Shown: positions 1 to 12,726, counted from the stretch's first letter. The stretch: DNA of 64,000 nt from Neocallimastix sp. 'constans' (GCA_050613775.1 JBODTK010000011.1:186001-250000); one strand, 5' to 3'. A program made the numbers and translations. The notes: generated by a model not told the origin, from the sequence alone.

Positions 1-953
1 TTTCGTATTTTCTTAATACAATTACATCTTTTAATATCAACATCAATATAACAATTAAAACTATCAACTAAAGAATCAATTTCACTCGATTTCAATTTAT
101 GGTAAGAATAATTAAAATTATCAAAACACTTACTAAAATAGTTTGTTGGTTCGGCAACCAATTTTTTATTTTTATTTAAACTTTTTATGTTATTACATGA
201 AAAATTTTTATTACATGAATTATCATTTTTACATGAATTAGAAATATCACTATTATTAAAAATACAATTTAATTCACTATCACTAATAAACTCATTCATA
301 AAATTATCTTCTAGATCACTATCATCGGACTCGTTAATTGTTTTAACACGGCAGCCTCTAACGTATTCAGCATCATCTTTTTCTTCATCGGATTCCCAGG
401 CATACTTTCTTTTCAAAGAGGGAATAGGAGTGTCCTTAGGCATCTCTTCTTCCTTTATTAAGTCTTCAGTAGTTATAAGTTTGTATTTGTTTTTTCTATT
501 ATTTCTTTTCTTACCTCTTCTTTTCCTCTTTCCATGGTTACAGTGAGAAGCACAATAGCTATAGAACCAAAGGTGATCTTTCTTGCATCATGGTAGTTCA
601 ATGGACAATGCTTTTCGATCCATGATAGACCTAGAATTACATCAACATCAGGAATTTCTAAAACGTAAAATTTTAATACTTCAAAATGATTCCTGAAACG
701 AAGAATGCACTTCTCCGTTTCTTTGTAGACTGTACGAATACCGTTACCTAGGCCAGTAACTTTGAAAGATTTTTCAATTTTTGAAGATTCAATACCAGAT
801 GCCTGGACGAAACTAGGGTGGATAAAGTTCAAATCAGACCCAGAGTCGATGAGAACTCTAACCGGAACTTCTTCAATATTGTTAGTATTTAAATGAAAAG
901 TTAGTATATTGTTTTTCTGGTTAATAAGAGAATTTTCAGCTTCAATAATCTCC
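1..953 (-). pseudogene. gypsy G1 pol N-terminus: aspartic protease plus frameshifted spacer
   Basis: Minus-strand translation VPVRVLIDSGSDLNFIHPSFV...DVILGLSWIEKH; frameshift near 560. Confidence 0.85.
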
Positions 954-958
954 CTAAC

Positions 959-1727
959 TGTAAAGATTTAATAAAATCTTTAATAATTAATTATTACATA
1001 ATTAATTAATGTAATAAAATTACATAAATTTATGATTTACGTATATGAAAATTAATTATAAATTTATGTAAACTTTTCATAAAGGAAAAATTATTATTTA
1101 AATAATTTTGGATAATAACTTTAATCTAAATAATTTATTTAAGTTAGTTAATTTAGTTTAGTTTATTTAAAATAGTTATTCTATTAAACTTAGTTAATTT
1201 AGTTTAGTTAGTTTAAAATACTTTAAAATTAATTTCGGAATAGTTTTAAATAGTTAAAATTAGTTTAAATAGTTTATAAAAATAGTTTTGAATTATAAAT
1301 ATATAAACATTAGTATTAATAATATTTATATAATAAATATATAATAAATGAGTTGTTATTGAATTTAATTATTATTCTAAATAAGTTGAAAGTTTATTGA
1401 ATTAATTATTGTTTAGTTTAGTTAATTATTATTTAATAAAATTATTAATAAATATTTTGTTTATAAATAAATAGTAATATATGTAAATTAGATAGAAATA
1501 ATATATTATAATGTAATAATGAAAAAATATAAATACATGTAAATTTCTATAATTAAATCGATGTATTAGTTATTGACTATATGACAGTCAATAACAAAAA
1601 AGAGATTTAATTTTTTTAATTAATAAAGATTATTTTATTTAAAAAAACGAATTTTTATTACTTGTTCTTTTTTATTTTGGTGTTAAAATTTGTTATTTGT
1701 AATCTATTTCTGATATAACTCTTTACA
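959..1727 (+). mobile_element. Solo gypsy-type LTR (769 bp) inserted at the G1 gag-protease junction
   Basis: Termini TGTAAAGA...TCTTTACA; 5-bp TSD CTAAC at 954-958 and 1728-1732; removing it restores the gag-PR reading frame; TATAAATA at 1528. Confidence 0.92.
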
Positions 1728-2671
1728 CTAACCTTATGAACATTTTCATTATTCAAGATTCTTCTGATTCTTCTCAAAGTAGCGGAAGATTGGTTATTAT
1801 TTTCATTCTTTTTATTAATCATCTTCAACCCTTTTGGCCTTTTTCTGTTGGGACAATTAAATTGTAAGTGACCTGGCTGTTTGCAAAGAAAACACAAGCC
1901 TTTTCTTCTTTCTTCATCATAATTTTTTGTATTTTCTACATACAATGACTTGTGAGAGGGGAAATATCTCACATCTCTGTACCCTTGTTTGATCCTATAC
2001 AAGTCAACTTCCATGGGATCATCTCTTGGAGCAGAATGGGAAAAACTAAGCTGATTACGATTTCTAATATAGAATTCATTAATATCCTGACGTTTGGAGA
2101 GGTTTTCAATTGCTATTACATCATTGATTAATCTATTTAAATTATTTGGATTTGGGTTAACAGTAGCGAGTTGTTGTCTAAGTTTGAAATGTAAACCCCT
2201 AATGAACATATAAATCTTAGCAGGCTCATTGAAATCCGAGTTCTGGCTTATTCGTTGGAATTCAGTAATGTATTCCAACACTCTTCCGTAGCTTCTTTGT
2301 TTGATGTTGCATAACTTTCCGTTAGCAACAATAGACTCTAAGTTTGGGTCCCCATAGTTGTTTCTAAGTTCTTGAACGAAATTATCATAATTATGGATAA
2401 CTTCGTTATTATTTCTTCGGAGGCAAGAAGCCCATTCAAGAGGTCTTCCAATGAGGTAGGACATTAGAAAACGGACTCTAGAATCATCATTTTGGAATCT
2501 GTTAGGATTGGCTTCGATTGCAAAGTCCACTCTCGTTAAGAACCCATCTAATTCCTTCCTTCGACCCGAGAAAATTGGTGGGTCGTTAACCACTTTTAAT
2601 GGAGAACCTTGGTTTTGCTCCATATTTTCTTCTAAATTTAAGTTATTAAAAATTCGTTGTAACTCTTCCAC
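1728..2671 (-). CDS. gag: gypsy Gag (capsid plus CCHC nucleocapsid), interrupted by the solo LTR
   Basis: ORF 1658..2671 with DPPIFSGRRKELDGFL, DDPMEVD and CFLCKQPGHLQFNC. The last ~24 codons of the ORF are read-through into the solo LTR. Confidence 0.9.
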
Positions 2672-3003
2672 TTTGAGAAATATAATAAAATAATTACTTA
2701 AAACAATTTATTTTAATTATAATTATCGCAAAATCGAAACAACGCAATCCAATTGAAGGGGTGTTATTCGATATATGCTGACAAATATTATAATTAAAAA
2801 TTTTTTATTTCTTTTAATTGTTTTAAAAAAATAAAATTTCTCAAAGCTACCTGTTAAGTGAAAATAAAATGAAAGCCTCTTTTATTACTACACTTGAATA
2901 CTACTAGCCACTTCAAATAAAAAGAAGCGAATTCTTCAAGCCACTCAATTAATTATACGAAATAATTAGCCAAACTATACAAACAATTAATTAATTCCAA
3001 CGG

Positions 3004-3133
3004 TAGATATTCTAAACAGTAGTCTCCTAAATAGTAGTTATTCTAAGCAGTAATCTCCTAAATAGTAGTTATTCTAAACAGTAGTCTCCTAAATGGTAGT
3101 TATTCTAAGTAGTAGTCTCCCAAATAGTAGTTC
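3004..3133. repeat. 31-bp tandem repeat (~4 copies) in the G1 5' leader
   Basis: Unit approximately AGTAGTCTCCTAAATAGTAGTTATTCTAAAC. Confidence 0.85.
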
Positions 3134-3171
3134 TTTGTACTATTATAACGTGTTTTGTTAATCCTTAGTGG

Positions 3172-3182
3172 GTAATTGTTAT
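3172..3182 (-). promoter_or_regulatory. Self-priming primer-binding site of G1 (ATAACAATTAC)
   Basis: Directly follows the LTR end; perfectly complementary to LTR positions 3327-3337, which begin 35 nt after the TATA box start. Confidence 0.75.
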
Positions 3183-3968
3183 TATAAAGTGTTTTATGTT
3201 AAAACAGATTATAATAATACAAAAACATTATTATAAAATAAATTCTTTTTATTAAAAATAATTGGTTTATTAAAAATCTTTTATTAAATAGTTCTTATTA
3301 TGTTATGAACTATCAAATTATAAAAAATAACAATTACATTCTTTCAATTAAAGAAAATTTACAGTATTTATATTTTTCCTTAATTATATTTTAATATATT
3401 AAATTAATTTAATTTACATATATTCAATTTAAATATTAATAATAATTAATTTTATAAAATAATAAAATATTTAAACTAAAACTAATTATAGTATAATTTT
3501 TTAATTAACTATTTTTTATTATAACTATTTTTTATTATAACTATTTTTTATTATAACTATTTAAATATTTTAACTAATTTAAAATTAAACTAAAAACTAT
3601 TAATAATATTAAACTATACTATTTAAATAAATAAAAATTTAACAATAACAGATTTGGAGAATTTTTTGTGACTAAATTATTTAATTTCATATTTAATAAA
3701 TATAAATTTAAATAATTTAAGTTCTAATTTATAATTTTAAATTTCAATTATTAATTTAAGGAGAAATAATTATTTAAAGTATTTAATTCATGTATGTAAA
3801 TTTGATGTATGATTTTTCGTTTACATAAATTTATTGAAATATGCTTTAATTCATAAATTAATGTAAATTACATAATTTTATTCAAGATATTGTGGAAAAA
3901 ATTTCATACATAAATTAATGTAATAATGAATTACATAAATTTATTAAAAATATAAAGATATCTTTACA
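3183..3968 (-). repeat. 5' LTR of G1 (~786 bp)
   Basis: Minus strand begins TGTAAAGA and ends CTTTATA (CA>TA variant); TATA at 3365-3372; similar to the LTRs at 959-1727 and 12727-13303. Confidence 0.75.
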
Positions 3969-4390
3969 ATAAGAGAATTAATCAAAAAAGGTTATATTAA
4001 TTTAAAGTATATAAAATCTGAAAATAATTTATCTGATGGATTTACCAAATATCTAAATTCTACTTTAATGACCAGGTTCAGAAATAATATTCTCTATGAT
4101 CTAAATAATATTAAACTTTAGGGGGAATGTTAAAAATAAAGTTTAATATTTTAATTAAATTAAATATATTATTTTATATTTAACATAATGTAAAATGTTA
4201 TATGGCGTGTTAATGATGTACATCATGTAATTACAATAGTAATTAATATAGTTAAATTAAAATTTATTAATGTATATACATATGTAAATGATTATAATAA
4301 TTAATCCTATAAAAAATAGTTTTTAAAATAATAATAAAATCATAATAAATAAATAAAGTGATCACACATTAAAACTAATACAAAATAACA
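3969..4390 (+). mobile_element. 3' end of a Ty1/copia element: RNase H tail, PPT and 3' LTR (4128-~4390)
   Basis: RNase H C-terminal motif NLSDGFTKYL; PPT AGGGGGAA at 4120-4127; LTR TGTTA...TAACA. Confidence 0.8.
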
Positions 4391-4417
4391 TAATATTTAA
4401 TATTTTTTATATAAATT

Positions 4418-7400
4418 TGTTAAAAATAAAGTTTATTATAGTTTATTAATTGTTAAGTTAAAATATATTTAAAATAAATATTGTATATGTTAACTAAATA
4501 TTTGAGGCTTATATATATTATAACAATGAGTTAGTACAAAAATATGATTGTATTATGTAAAATGTATTGATATAAAAATAATAATATTTTTTATAATTAA
4601 AAACAAAAACTTAATAAAATAAATAAAAAGTGATTAATTAAAACAAAATAAATTTAAAAGATTAAGAGTCTCATAGACTTATATGTGAAAATATTTATAG
4701 TGTTGTAAACATAAAAATAAAATATTTTTTTTATAAAAATAATGACAAAACTTAATCTAAAATGAGCATAACAAACGTAACGTCAACAATAGTAATGTTG
4801 ATGAAAGACAATTATAACATTTGGTTACCTGACATGGAAATGGTCTTACAAATAAATGGTGTTGTAGAATATATCGACGAAAGATTATTAAAACCAATAC
4901 AAAAGAACGAAATTCCAGAAAACAAAAGAAGTGACCATATAAAAGTAAGAAATTCTCATATCTTATGAGGAACAAGTTACCAAGGAAATGATTAGAAAGG
5001 ATGCTACTGCGAAATTTTTAATAAGTAATAGCATTTCAGAAGAAATGAAAGCTAAAATAGATTTTAGAAGAAATACCGCTTATGATATCTGGAGAATCAT
5101 AATGGAAGGGAATAATAAATCTAATGAAGAAAAAAAGAATGAACTAAACAATTAACTGGAAACATTGATATATCAAAAGGATTCAGATATATCATTATTC
5201 ATTGCCGAATTAGATAGAATTTTTGGAGAACTATATGTATTTGGTGAAGTGCTATCTGAAGAAAAGAAATACAATATCTTGTATTCTGCGTTACCTTATG
5301 AAACTGTCATAGAAACAAATATTATTTCAACCAAGAAAAAATACACTGAAAGTTGTAACCTCTTGAAAACTACAATTCCATACATAAAATATTTAAAGGA
5401 ATAATCAAAAAATAAACAAAGAAACAAAGCAGCAGTCATTTTAAATACAACCAAAGTAAATAACAGAACTCAACTTAAAAGTAAAGAAAACAACAGATGC
5501 AATAACAAGAATAATAACAATAAAGAAAATAGGAAATGTTTTATATGTGGGAAGATAGGTTATATAGCAAAGAATTACTGGCACAATAAAAGAATAAGAA
5601 TAATACAAGTAATAATAGAGCACATGCCAATAATGCTACCAATAAAAAACCAGAAACCTACTGTGAATTTGCAGATTCCATAAATGATCTGAGAGATTAT
5701 GATACTGATGACGGAGGAAGGAGAATCATCAAAAACTATGGCACCGAGGCCAAAATACTACTAAAGAAAATAAAAAAAATAAAAGGAACACCAGTGTAAA
5801 CAAAGTAACACTTCCAGCGAATATCAAGAGTAGCCACTATCTATCGAAATTAACAGAACAAAAGAATATTCCAAAAAAGTATAATTAGTTGGACGATAGA
5901 TTCTGGTGCTAAATATCATATGACTAATAATTCTGATACAATGATTGATAAAAGAAAATGCAATGAAATAATTCAATTCGCTGATGGTGATACAATTGCT
6001 GTTACATACATTGGTTCGTATATAGGATACATTAATAATAACGAAATTAAATTAAAGAATGTATTGTATATACCAGAAATTAAGGATAAACTAAGTATTA
6101 TTAAAATAAAAGAAGGCTTCAATATATGTTCGTATAAAATGAAAAATAAACCATATAAAAAGGTTATTAATAATAGCAAGGAACCTTTCGAACTGATTCA
6201 TATGGACACAGTATCTTCTCCAGATACTTCTCTTTATGGAAACAAATATTTTCTTACAATATTAGATGACTACACACGATATGCATGGGTGTATTTTATG
6301 AAAAGCAAACTGATACATTTAATACGTTCATAAAGTGGTACAAAAAAATAAAAAACATCTTTAATTATAATGTTAAACATATTAGAACCGATAATGGAAC
6401 TGAGTTTTGTAATAACCAGTTCGACAAGTTCTTGACGAAAATGGTATAGAACGTCAAAATAGTATAACTTATAATCCACACAAAACGGAAGGGTGGAAAG
6501 ACTTCAAGTTACACTAATATACAATGCTGGTTCTATATTGAAAGGAGAAAAACTTAATCATAAATACTGAGAAGTCGCAGTAAGAACAGCAAATTATATT
6601 CATAATAGATTACCACATGCAGGTAACAACAATAAAGTACCCTTTGAAGAATTATATAATAGAAGAGTTGACTATGACAAATTCAGAGTGTTCGGATGTC
6701 AAGCATTCTTCTATGTACCCAAACAATTCAAAAAAAAATTCAATGGAACATCACTTCCAGGTATATACCTTGGATATGACGAAACAAATCCAACTGCATA
6801 TATAATTTATGATACTACTAATAACAAGATAGTTTTAGCAAGAACTGTAGAATTTTTTGAAGATGTTCCAGATAATGCTTCAGCCCCTCCTTCTACACCA
6901 GAAATGTTTTATTTTAATAGAGTTATGGATGAAGAAGAAGAAGAACAAATGAAATTAAACAGTGACTATAATAAAGAAGAAGAAAATGAAGAAAATATAG
7001 GTAACACAGAAAATAATAAATTAAATAATAATTTGGATAACACAAAAATTAATGAATCAACAAGTGTAAACAAAGAAATTAATAATGAAATTAATTATAA
7101 TATGGATCAAAATAAATTTTTGAACCAACCAACCAATACAATTAATCCATATAATATTTTATATCCAAATAATTTAAATTACAAAATTTATAACTACCCA
7201 AGTGACCATTTACCTTTTATAAATAATTTAAATTACCCATTTCAAAATTTTCAAAATCCAAATTTAAATTATATAAATAAAATAATTACATTAAAAATGA
7301 AAATTATAATAATTTCTTAAACGAACATAATGGTCAACTTTACTACGGTAATTATGAAAATAATAATTTAAATAATATTAATTATAATAATTCAAATAAT

Positions 7401-9029
7401 TTAAACAATTATAAAAATTTTCAATATGATAATTCAAATCGACCATATCAAGTAAGTAATAATGATTTAAATTATAATAATTTAAAAAATAATAATTTAA
7501 ATAATAACACTACAAACATTGACAATGGTGAAGAAAACATTAACATTAATATAAATAATCAAAGTAATAATTTAAATTCAAATTTAAATCCAAATTTAAA
7601 AATTTTAAATGATAAAAGTATAAACAAAAAGTAATTTAAATAATAACCAAGATAATTTAAGCAATTTAAACAAATTAAATCAAAACAATTCAAATAATGT
7701 AAACATCAACAATGAAAATATAAATAATAATTATAATAATTTAGATAATTTAAATTTAAATAAAAACGAAAATAAAATAATTGGAAATAATAACAATAAT
7801 AATAATAATGTAAACAATGTAAACAATGAAATTAATATTGATAACAATAAGAGAAATATTGAATTTAATGTAAATTCAAAACAACAAAGTATAATTAACA
7901 AGAGAAATGTTGAATTAAATAAAAATCCAATTGAACAAATTGAAAGAACAGAATTAAATTCAAATAAACAAAACACAAATAATACGAATGTAAATGAAAC
8001 AAAAGATATAAACATAAATAATAAGAAATATAAAATTATAAAAATAAAAAGAAAATATAAAGAATCAGATGAACAAAACAATAACAATTATAATAATAAG
8101 AAATTAAAATCTTTCAATATAAACGATATATTAAACGATAATTACACATTATCTACTAATAAAACTAATAATGTATATTCGCTATTATCAGTGAATGAGA
8201 AATTATGTGAACCATTCGATAATAAAGATATATACACTAAAGTTGATAAAAAGGAATGGTTCAAAGCAGTGAAGGATGAATTAGACAGTATGAAAGATTT
8301 AAACATATACGAAGTGGTAAGTAAAGTACAAAAAAATTATAATATTGTAACTCCTAAGTGGGTTTTTAGATATAAATACAATCCAGACAACACTATAAAT
8401 AAAAGAAAAGCCAGATTAGTGACTAGAGGTTTTACCCAGAAACAAGGTGTGGATTACAACAAGACTTATTCATCTACATTAAAGTATGATTCCTTAAGGA
8501 CAATCACAGCATTAGCAGTAATAAATGGATTTAACATCTATCAAAATGATTTAAAATCAGCTTACTTAAATGCTGAATTAGATGAAGAGTTATATATGAA
8601 GATACCTGAAGGTGTTGAATATCATAAAAAAGGCTACTGGAAACTCAAAAAGGCCCTGTACGGACTCAAACAGTCTGGACGTTTATGGAACAATACCCTT
8701 GATAAGAAATTAAAGAAATAAGATTTCATCGTTTAATGAGTGAGCCATGTATTTATATCAAGAAAAATAACCAAAATAAACTAACATGTTTATTAACCGT
8801 TTATGTTGATGGTATATTACTAACAGGTAATGAAAATGAAATAAATAATACTAAAAATTTGTTAAAGAAACATTTCAACATCACAAATATCGGTAATGTA
8901 AATACTATTATAGGTATCAGATTCGAAAAAGAGAAGGACGATTATTTATTACAACAAAGGAGGTATGTTGAAAATATACTTGATAAATATGATATAAATA
9001 AATATAAGATATATTCAAACATGATACCC
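4418..9029 (+). mobile_element. Ty1/copia element B, decayed and 3'-truncated (5' LTR ~4418-4659, gag, PR, IN, partial RT)
   Basis: LTR start TGTTAAAAATAAAG; PBS at 4660; zinc-knuckle remnant CFICGK; WTIDSGA protease; ELIHMD and ILDDYTRY integrase; KWVFRYK, KARLV and LKKALYGLKQSG RT; many frameshifts and stops. Confidence 0.88.
4660..4674 (+). promoter_or_regulatory. Copia PBS complementary to the tRNA-Lys(CUU) anticodon arm
   Basis: GATTAAGAGTCTCAT is the reverse complement of ATGAGACTCTTAATC. Confidence 0.8.
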
Positions 9030-10908
9030 TGAGGATGCGTACCCTGAGGAGTACGAAAAAGACATCTCAATGTTCAATGGTGAGACAGGAGATGTAGAAT
9101 CATTTATCAATGGGTTAAAAAGGTACTTTGGTAGAAACTAGAAGTACTACCAAAGTGATGTTGTACTTCATAGAGGACCACTTACCCACTTACAAGGAAG
9201 TGCAAAGAAGTGGTATCAAATGGACGAAGTATTCATGCAAAGAGATGACCCACAACCACAAAGGTTAATGGATAGGTTGCTAAAGGAGTTCAAGAGTGAA
9301 CGAACCCTAGAGGAGGTCAAGACTGCCATGCTTAAACTTACGCATGAATGGGAAAAAGCCTATGAATACCTCTCGGAGTTCAACCGATTAGGTAGATTAC
9401 TTCAACTATCGGATGAAACCAAACAATTACTACTCGTACAACAAGTAAGACCTTCGGTTCGAGAAGCCTTCTCTGACTAGCTGCTGAAAAGCAAACATAA
9501 GAAGATTACGTTACATCCTTAAGAAGATATGATACTTTCCCCGCGAATTACAAAGACGATTACCTAGAAAGATATGAATACGCGAAAGGAAGATAGCCAT
9601 CATGGCCCTGCTAGGAATGATGGATTCGTGAAGACCCTCCAAGGATATAGAAGCTAAAAGGAGGAACAGCGATAAAAGAGATTTCAGTAGAAGAGAGTTT
9701 ACTATATAAATCAGCTATGATAAAAATAAGAGAGGAAATAATAACTACAATTGTGGAAGAGATGTTGGTACGAGATCAGGCGATAAACAAAACTACTATA
9801 AGGACTTACTAGCAGCAATAATCCAATCCCCAAGACAGTACTCCTGATGCAAGATGGGTCTGAGAACGAAGAATTTGTGCCTCTGGCTAAAATAAACAAC
9901 CATCGTACCAAAGATTTAAATGTGCTGTACGATACTGGATCACAGATCAATATGATCTATCCGCTGTTAGATAAAGAGATGGGATTCATGATAGAAGACC
10001 GTCCTTTAACGTTTACTACCGCCGCTGGTAAAGTGCTGATACCGCAAGTAGCAGAGGAGTTTCAGATCAAAGTCAAGCTAGTCGAACAGCGTAGTGGGAA
10101 AGTCAAATTGTATGACTTTAACATTAGATGCAGGCTAGCAGAGGCTATACCGAAAACGATTATATTGGGTTCTAAGTTCATGGACAGGCACCTTATCTTC
10201 AGGAAGATTGACGTCCATAACCAGCAACCAAAGGTCTATAAAATAGATGGTGAAAGGCCAGGGTAACCATATGTAGATTCACCAGGAGAGTGTGAAAGTG
10301 AAAAATATCTACATGGTACAAATACAAGAAGATAATGAAACAGCTGTGAAACAGTAGATTCAATCTAAAGCGAGAATTACCATGATTATTAAACAGGTTA
10401 TAGATAACCAAAAATTAAAGACATGGTATATGATTTAACAAGGCAATTTTACAGTGAGAGAGGAATAGAATATACGTTAGACACTATGATTACTTTGTAG
10501 ATTACAACAGATGGGCAGATTGGTTCAAAGCACAAAAAGCTAAGAATCTAAAGGAGAATATAATTGATAAAAACCCTACGGAAAAAGTTGAGAGAAAAGA
10601 TAGTTAGAAGAAGGATCCTTTAGCTATGTTGACAAGAGAATTCTGTAGAAGAAACAAAAAAGAAAGTGAGGCTAGAAAAGCTGCTGTCAATAGGCGAAAT
10701 AATAGATAAGCACTATGGGGACTTAACCGAAGGAAATCGCCGAGACATTGTCAGAACACAGGCTGTATGACTGCAAGATTGAGCTTGAGCCTGATGCACC
10801 ACTTTACAAAAGAGCCATTTATCCTACGAGTTCTAGAGAGGAAAAAGCGCTAAAGGAATATATAGATGAAAATCTGGCTAAAGGGTTTATACGAAATTAG
10901 AATCTCCG
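9030..10908 (+). mobile_element. Internal fragment of a distinct Ty3/gypsy element (gag, protease, RT N-terminus), no LTRs
   Basis: Gag-like SMFNGETGDVESFI; protease VLYDTGSQINMI; DCKIELEPDAPLYKRAIYP...EYIDENLAKGFIRKLESP; higher GC than its neighbours. Confidence 0.82.
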
Positions 10909-10912
10909 GTAA

Positions 10913-12630
10913 TTACATGTATTAACACCGCATTGGAATTATGAGAAAATAAATCAAATTATTGGCTGTATTCGACGAGTCCGTTCACATGATTCTCTTC
11001 CTTAAGATCAACGATCCGTCAATGTTTATTTGTACATGGCATATGATGACGAAGTAGAGTGTTCCGATTCTTATCAGTATAGTGTAAACTATTGCAAATA
11101 TATTGTATGTGAAAATAAATATAAAGATGCTATAAAATTTAATCAACCATTAAAAAACGCTTCCATTGAATTTTTGATTCATGCTCATTCTAATTTAAAT
11201 AATCATCAGAACACTAACGGTCTCTCTAATAAAGAACAGAATAAACCTTTTGATATTGAATCAAGTCTGAGTGAAAGAAAGAGCGATGACCAATACCAAT
11301 ATAGCTATAGATGCCTATATTCATGGAGAGACTTCTACATTCAAAAATATTAATGGAAATAAGTTAGTTGGCAATACAAGTATCGTTCCATCTTTATAAT
11401 ATTCTTCAGTATTCTTAGATAAACTTTTACCATTATGTATTATCGAAATAAATAAAAAGTTAACAACATTCTTTTTAGAGAACAATTTTATTAGAATTAT
11501 GGATCTTATGGATAGAATTCCTGTCATTAATATATTCGTTGTACCAATATTAATAAAATATATTAATAGTAATAATATTGAGATTGCTGGTGGTATTTTA
11601 AGATATTCTAACAGAACGATTTATCGTAAAATTCAATTATCGTTTAAATTATAATATTGCTTATTATGAAAAATTACTTAGCAAAAAAATTCCAATTTAT
11701 AACAATAATAAAAATAAGCAAATAAACGAACAGTCCTTCAATTTTATTCACGCAAAGGTTGATATTAAAAGCGAGGAAATGGTGTTTTTAAAACAATAAA
11801 TTACAAAATGATGATATGAACAGAGAAGCATATAATCAAATTATCAAATATTCTCATACTGAATATTGTTTATATTAAGATATACTCTGTATCAAAATTT
11901 ATTCAATGTCACTAAATTATTTTATCCTTATTGAAAAAAAAACCGATAATTTCGTTTATATATCGTATTTCTCAACTATTAAAACTACATCTTATGCTAG
12001 TAATAAAAAAAGTCGGTGAAAGATTTTAGTACTAATATTATTTATGTATTTATGCAAATTTTAATTTTCAAGAATGGAGGTTGGTAAATGATGAGCCTGA
12101 TTCAAAAGATATTTCAAAACTCATGAAGGATTATTATAATACTGAATGAAAAAAATGATCAAAAGACCATTATAAATATGTCTATATATTATGTAATGAT
12201 TTTACTCTAAGATATCGTGATTTGAAAAAAATTTAAATTCTAATTTTAAAAAACAGAAACGTTCCACTTCCAATTCGGATTCCATTAATCTGTGTGAAAT
12301 TAATTGTGGACATAATATTAAATCTTTTTATATAAAAGAAGAACTTTTGAAAATGTTCATCTATTCAATATGTTATGACGATATAGAAAAAAATGTCATC
12401 TATTCGTATTCAAGACTATAAACAAATTTCTGTAGATAAGATAGAAAAAATTTATAAAGAAGAAAACAATGAAGATAAATATAAATAAATTAAAAAGCAT
12501 ATTTTAAACGTTGTCACTCACAACGATATTCCAAAATTTTGTAAAGAAAGACCACATCAAGCTTTTTTATTACATGAATTATTGTTGTTATTTTCCAATA
12601 CAATGAAAAAAAAATTAGAAATGCTATGAT
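10913..12630 (+). pseudogene. C-terminal part of an SF2 helicase of the poxvirus/NCLDV D6/D11 (VETF-s/NPH-I) type, decayed
   Basis: LHVLTPHWNYEKINQIIGCIRRVRSHDSLP*DQRSVNVYLYMA...SVNYCKYIVCENKY...LKNASIE resembles the motif VI region and downstream signature of this family; no introns seen; 3' extent uncertain. Confidence 0.7.
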
Positions 12631-12726
12631 AAATGGAAAAAATATTTAATTATGATCTTATTATTATATTATAAATGAATAAATCTTTAATTATCAATAT
12701 TTTTAGTGTAGTTAGTATATATATAT

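Larger units (their letters stand above)
1..3968 (-). mobile_element. Ty3/gypsy LTR retrotransposon G1 (5' LTR, gag, protease; continues beyond the left edge), inserted in the RNase H region of a copia element
   Basis: 5' LTR at 3183-3968, gag ORF with CCHC knuckle, aspartic protease VLIDSGS. The flank from 3969 resumes copia RNase H (IRELIKKGYINLKYIKSENNLSDGFTK). Confidence 0.9.

Noticed and set aside
187..546. Plus-strand 119-aa ORF and similar short ORFs opposite retroelement genes (e.g. 2508, 7731, 17099, 19262)
   Set aside because: Antisense shadows of gag-pol sequence.
4660..4674. tRNA gene
   Set aside because: Only 14-16 nt of antisense match with no cloverleaf; it is a PBS.
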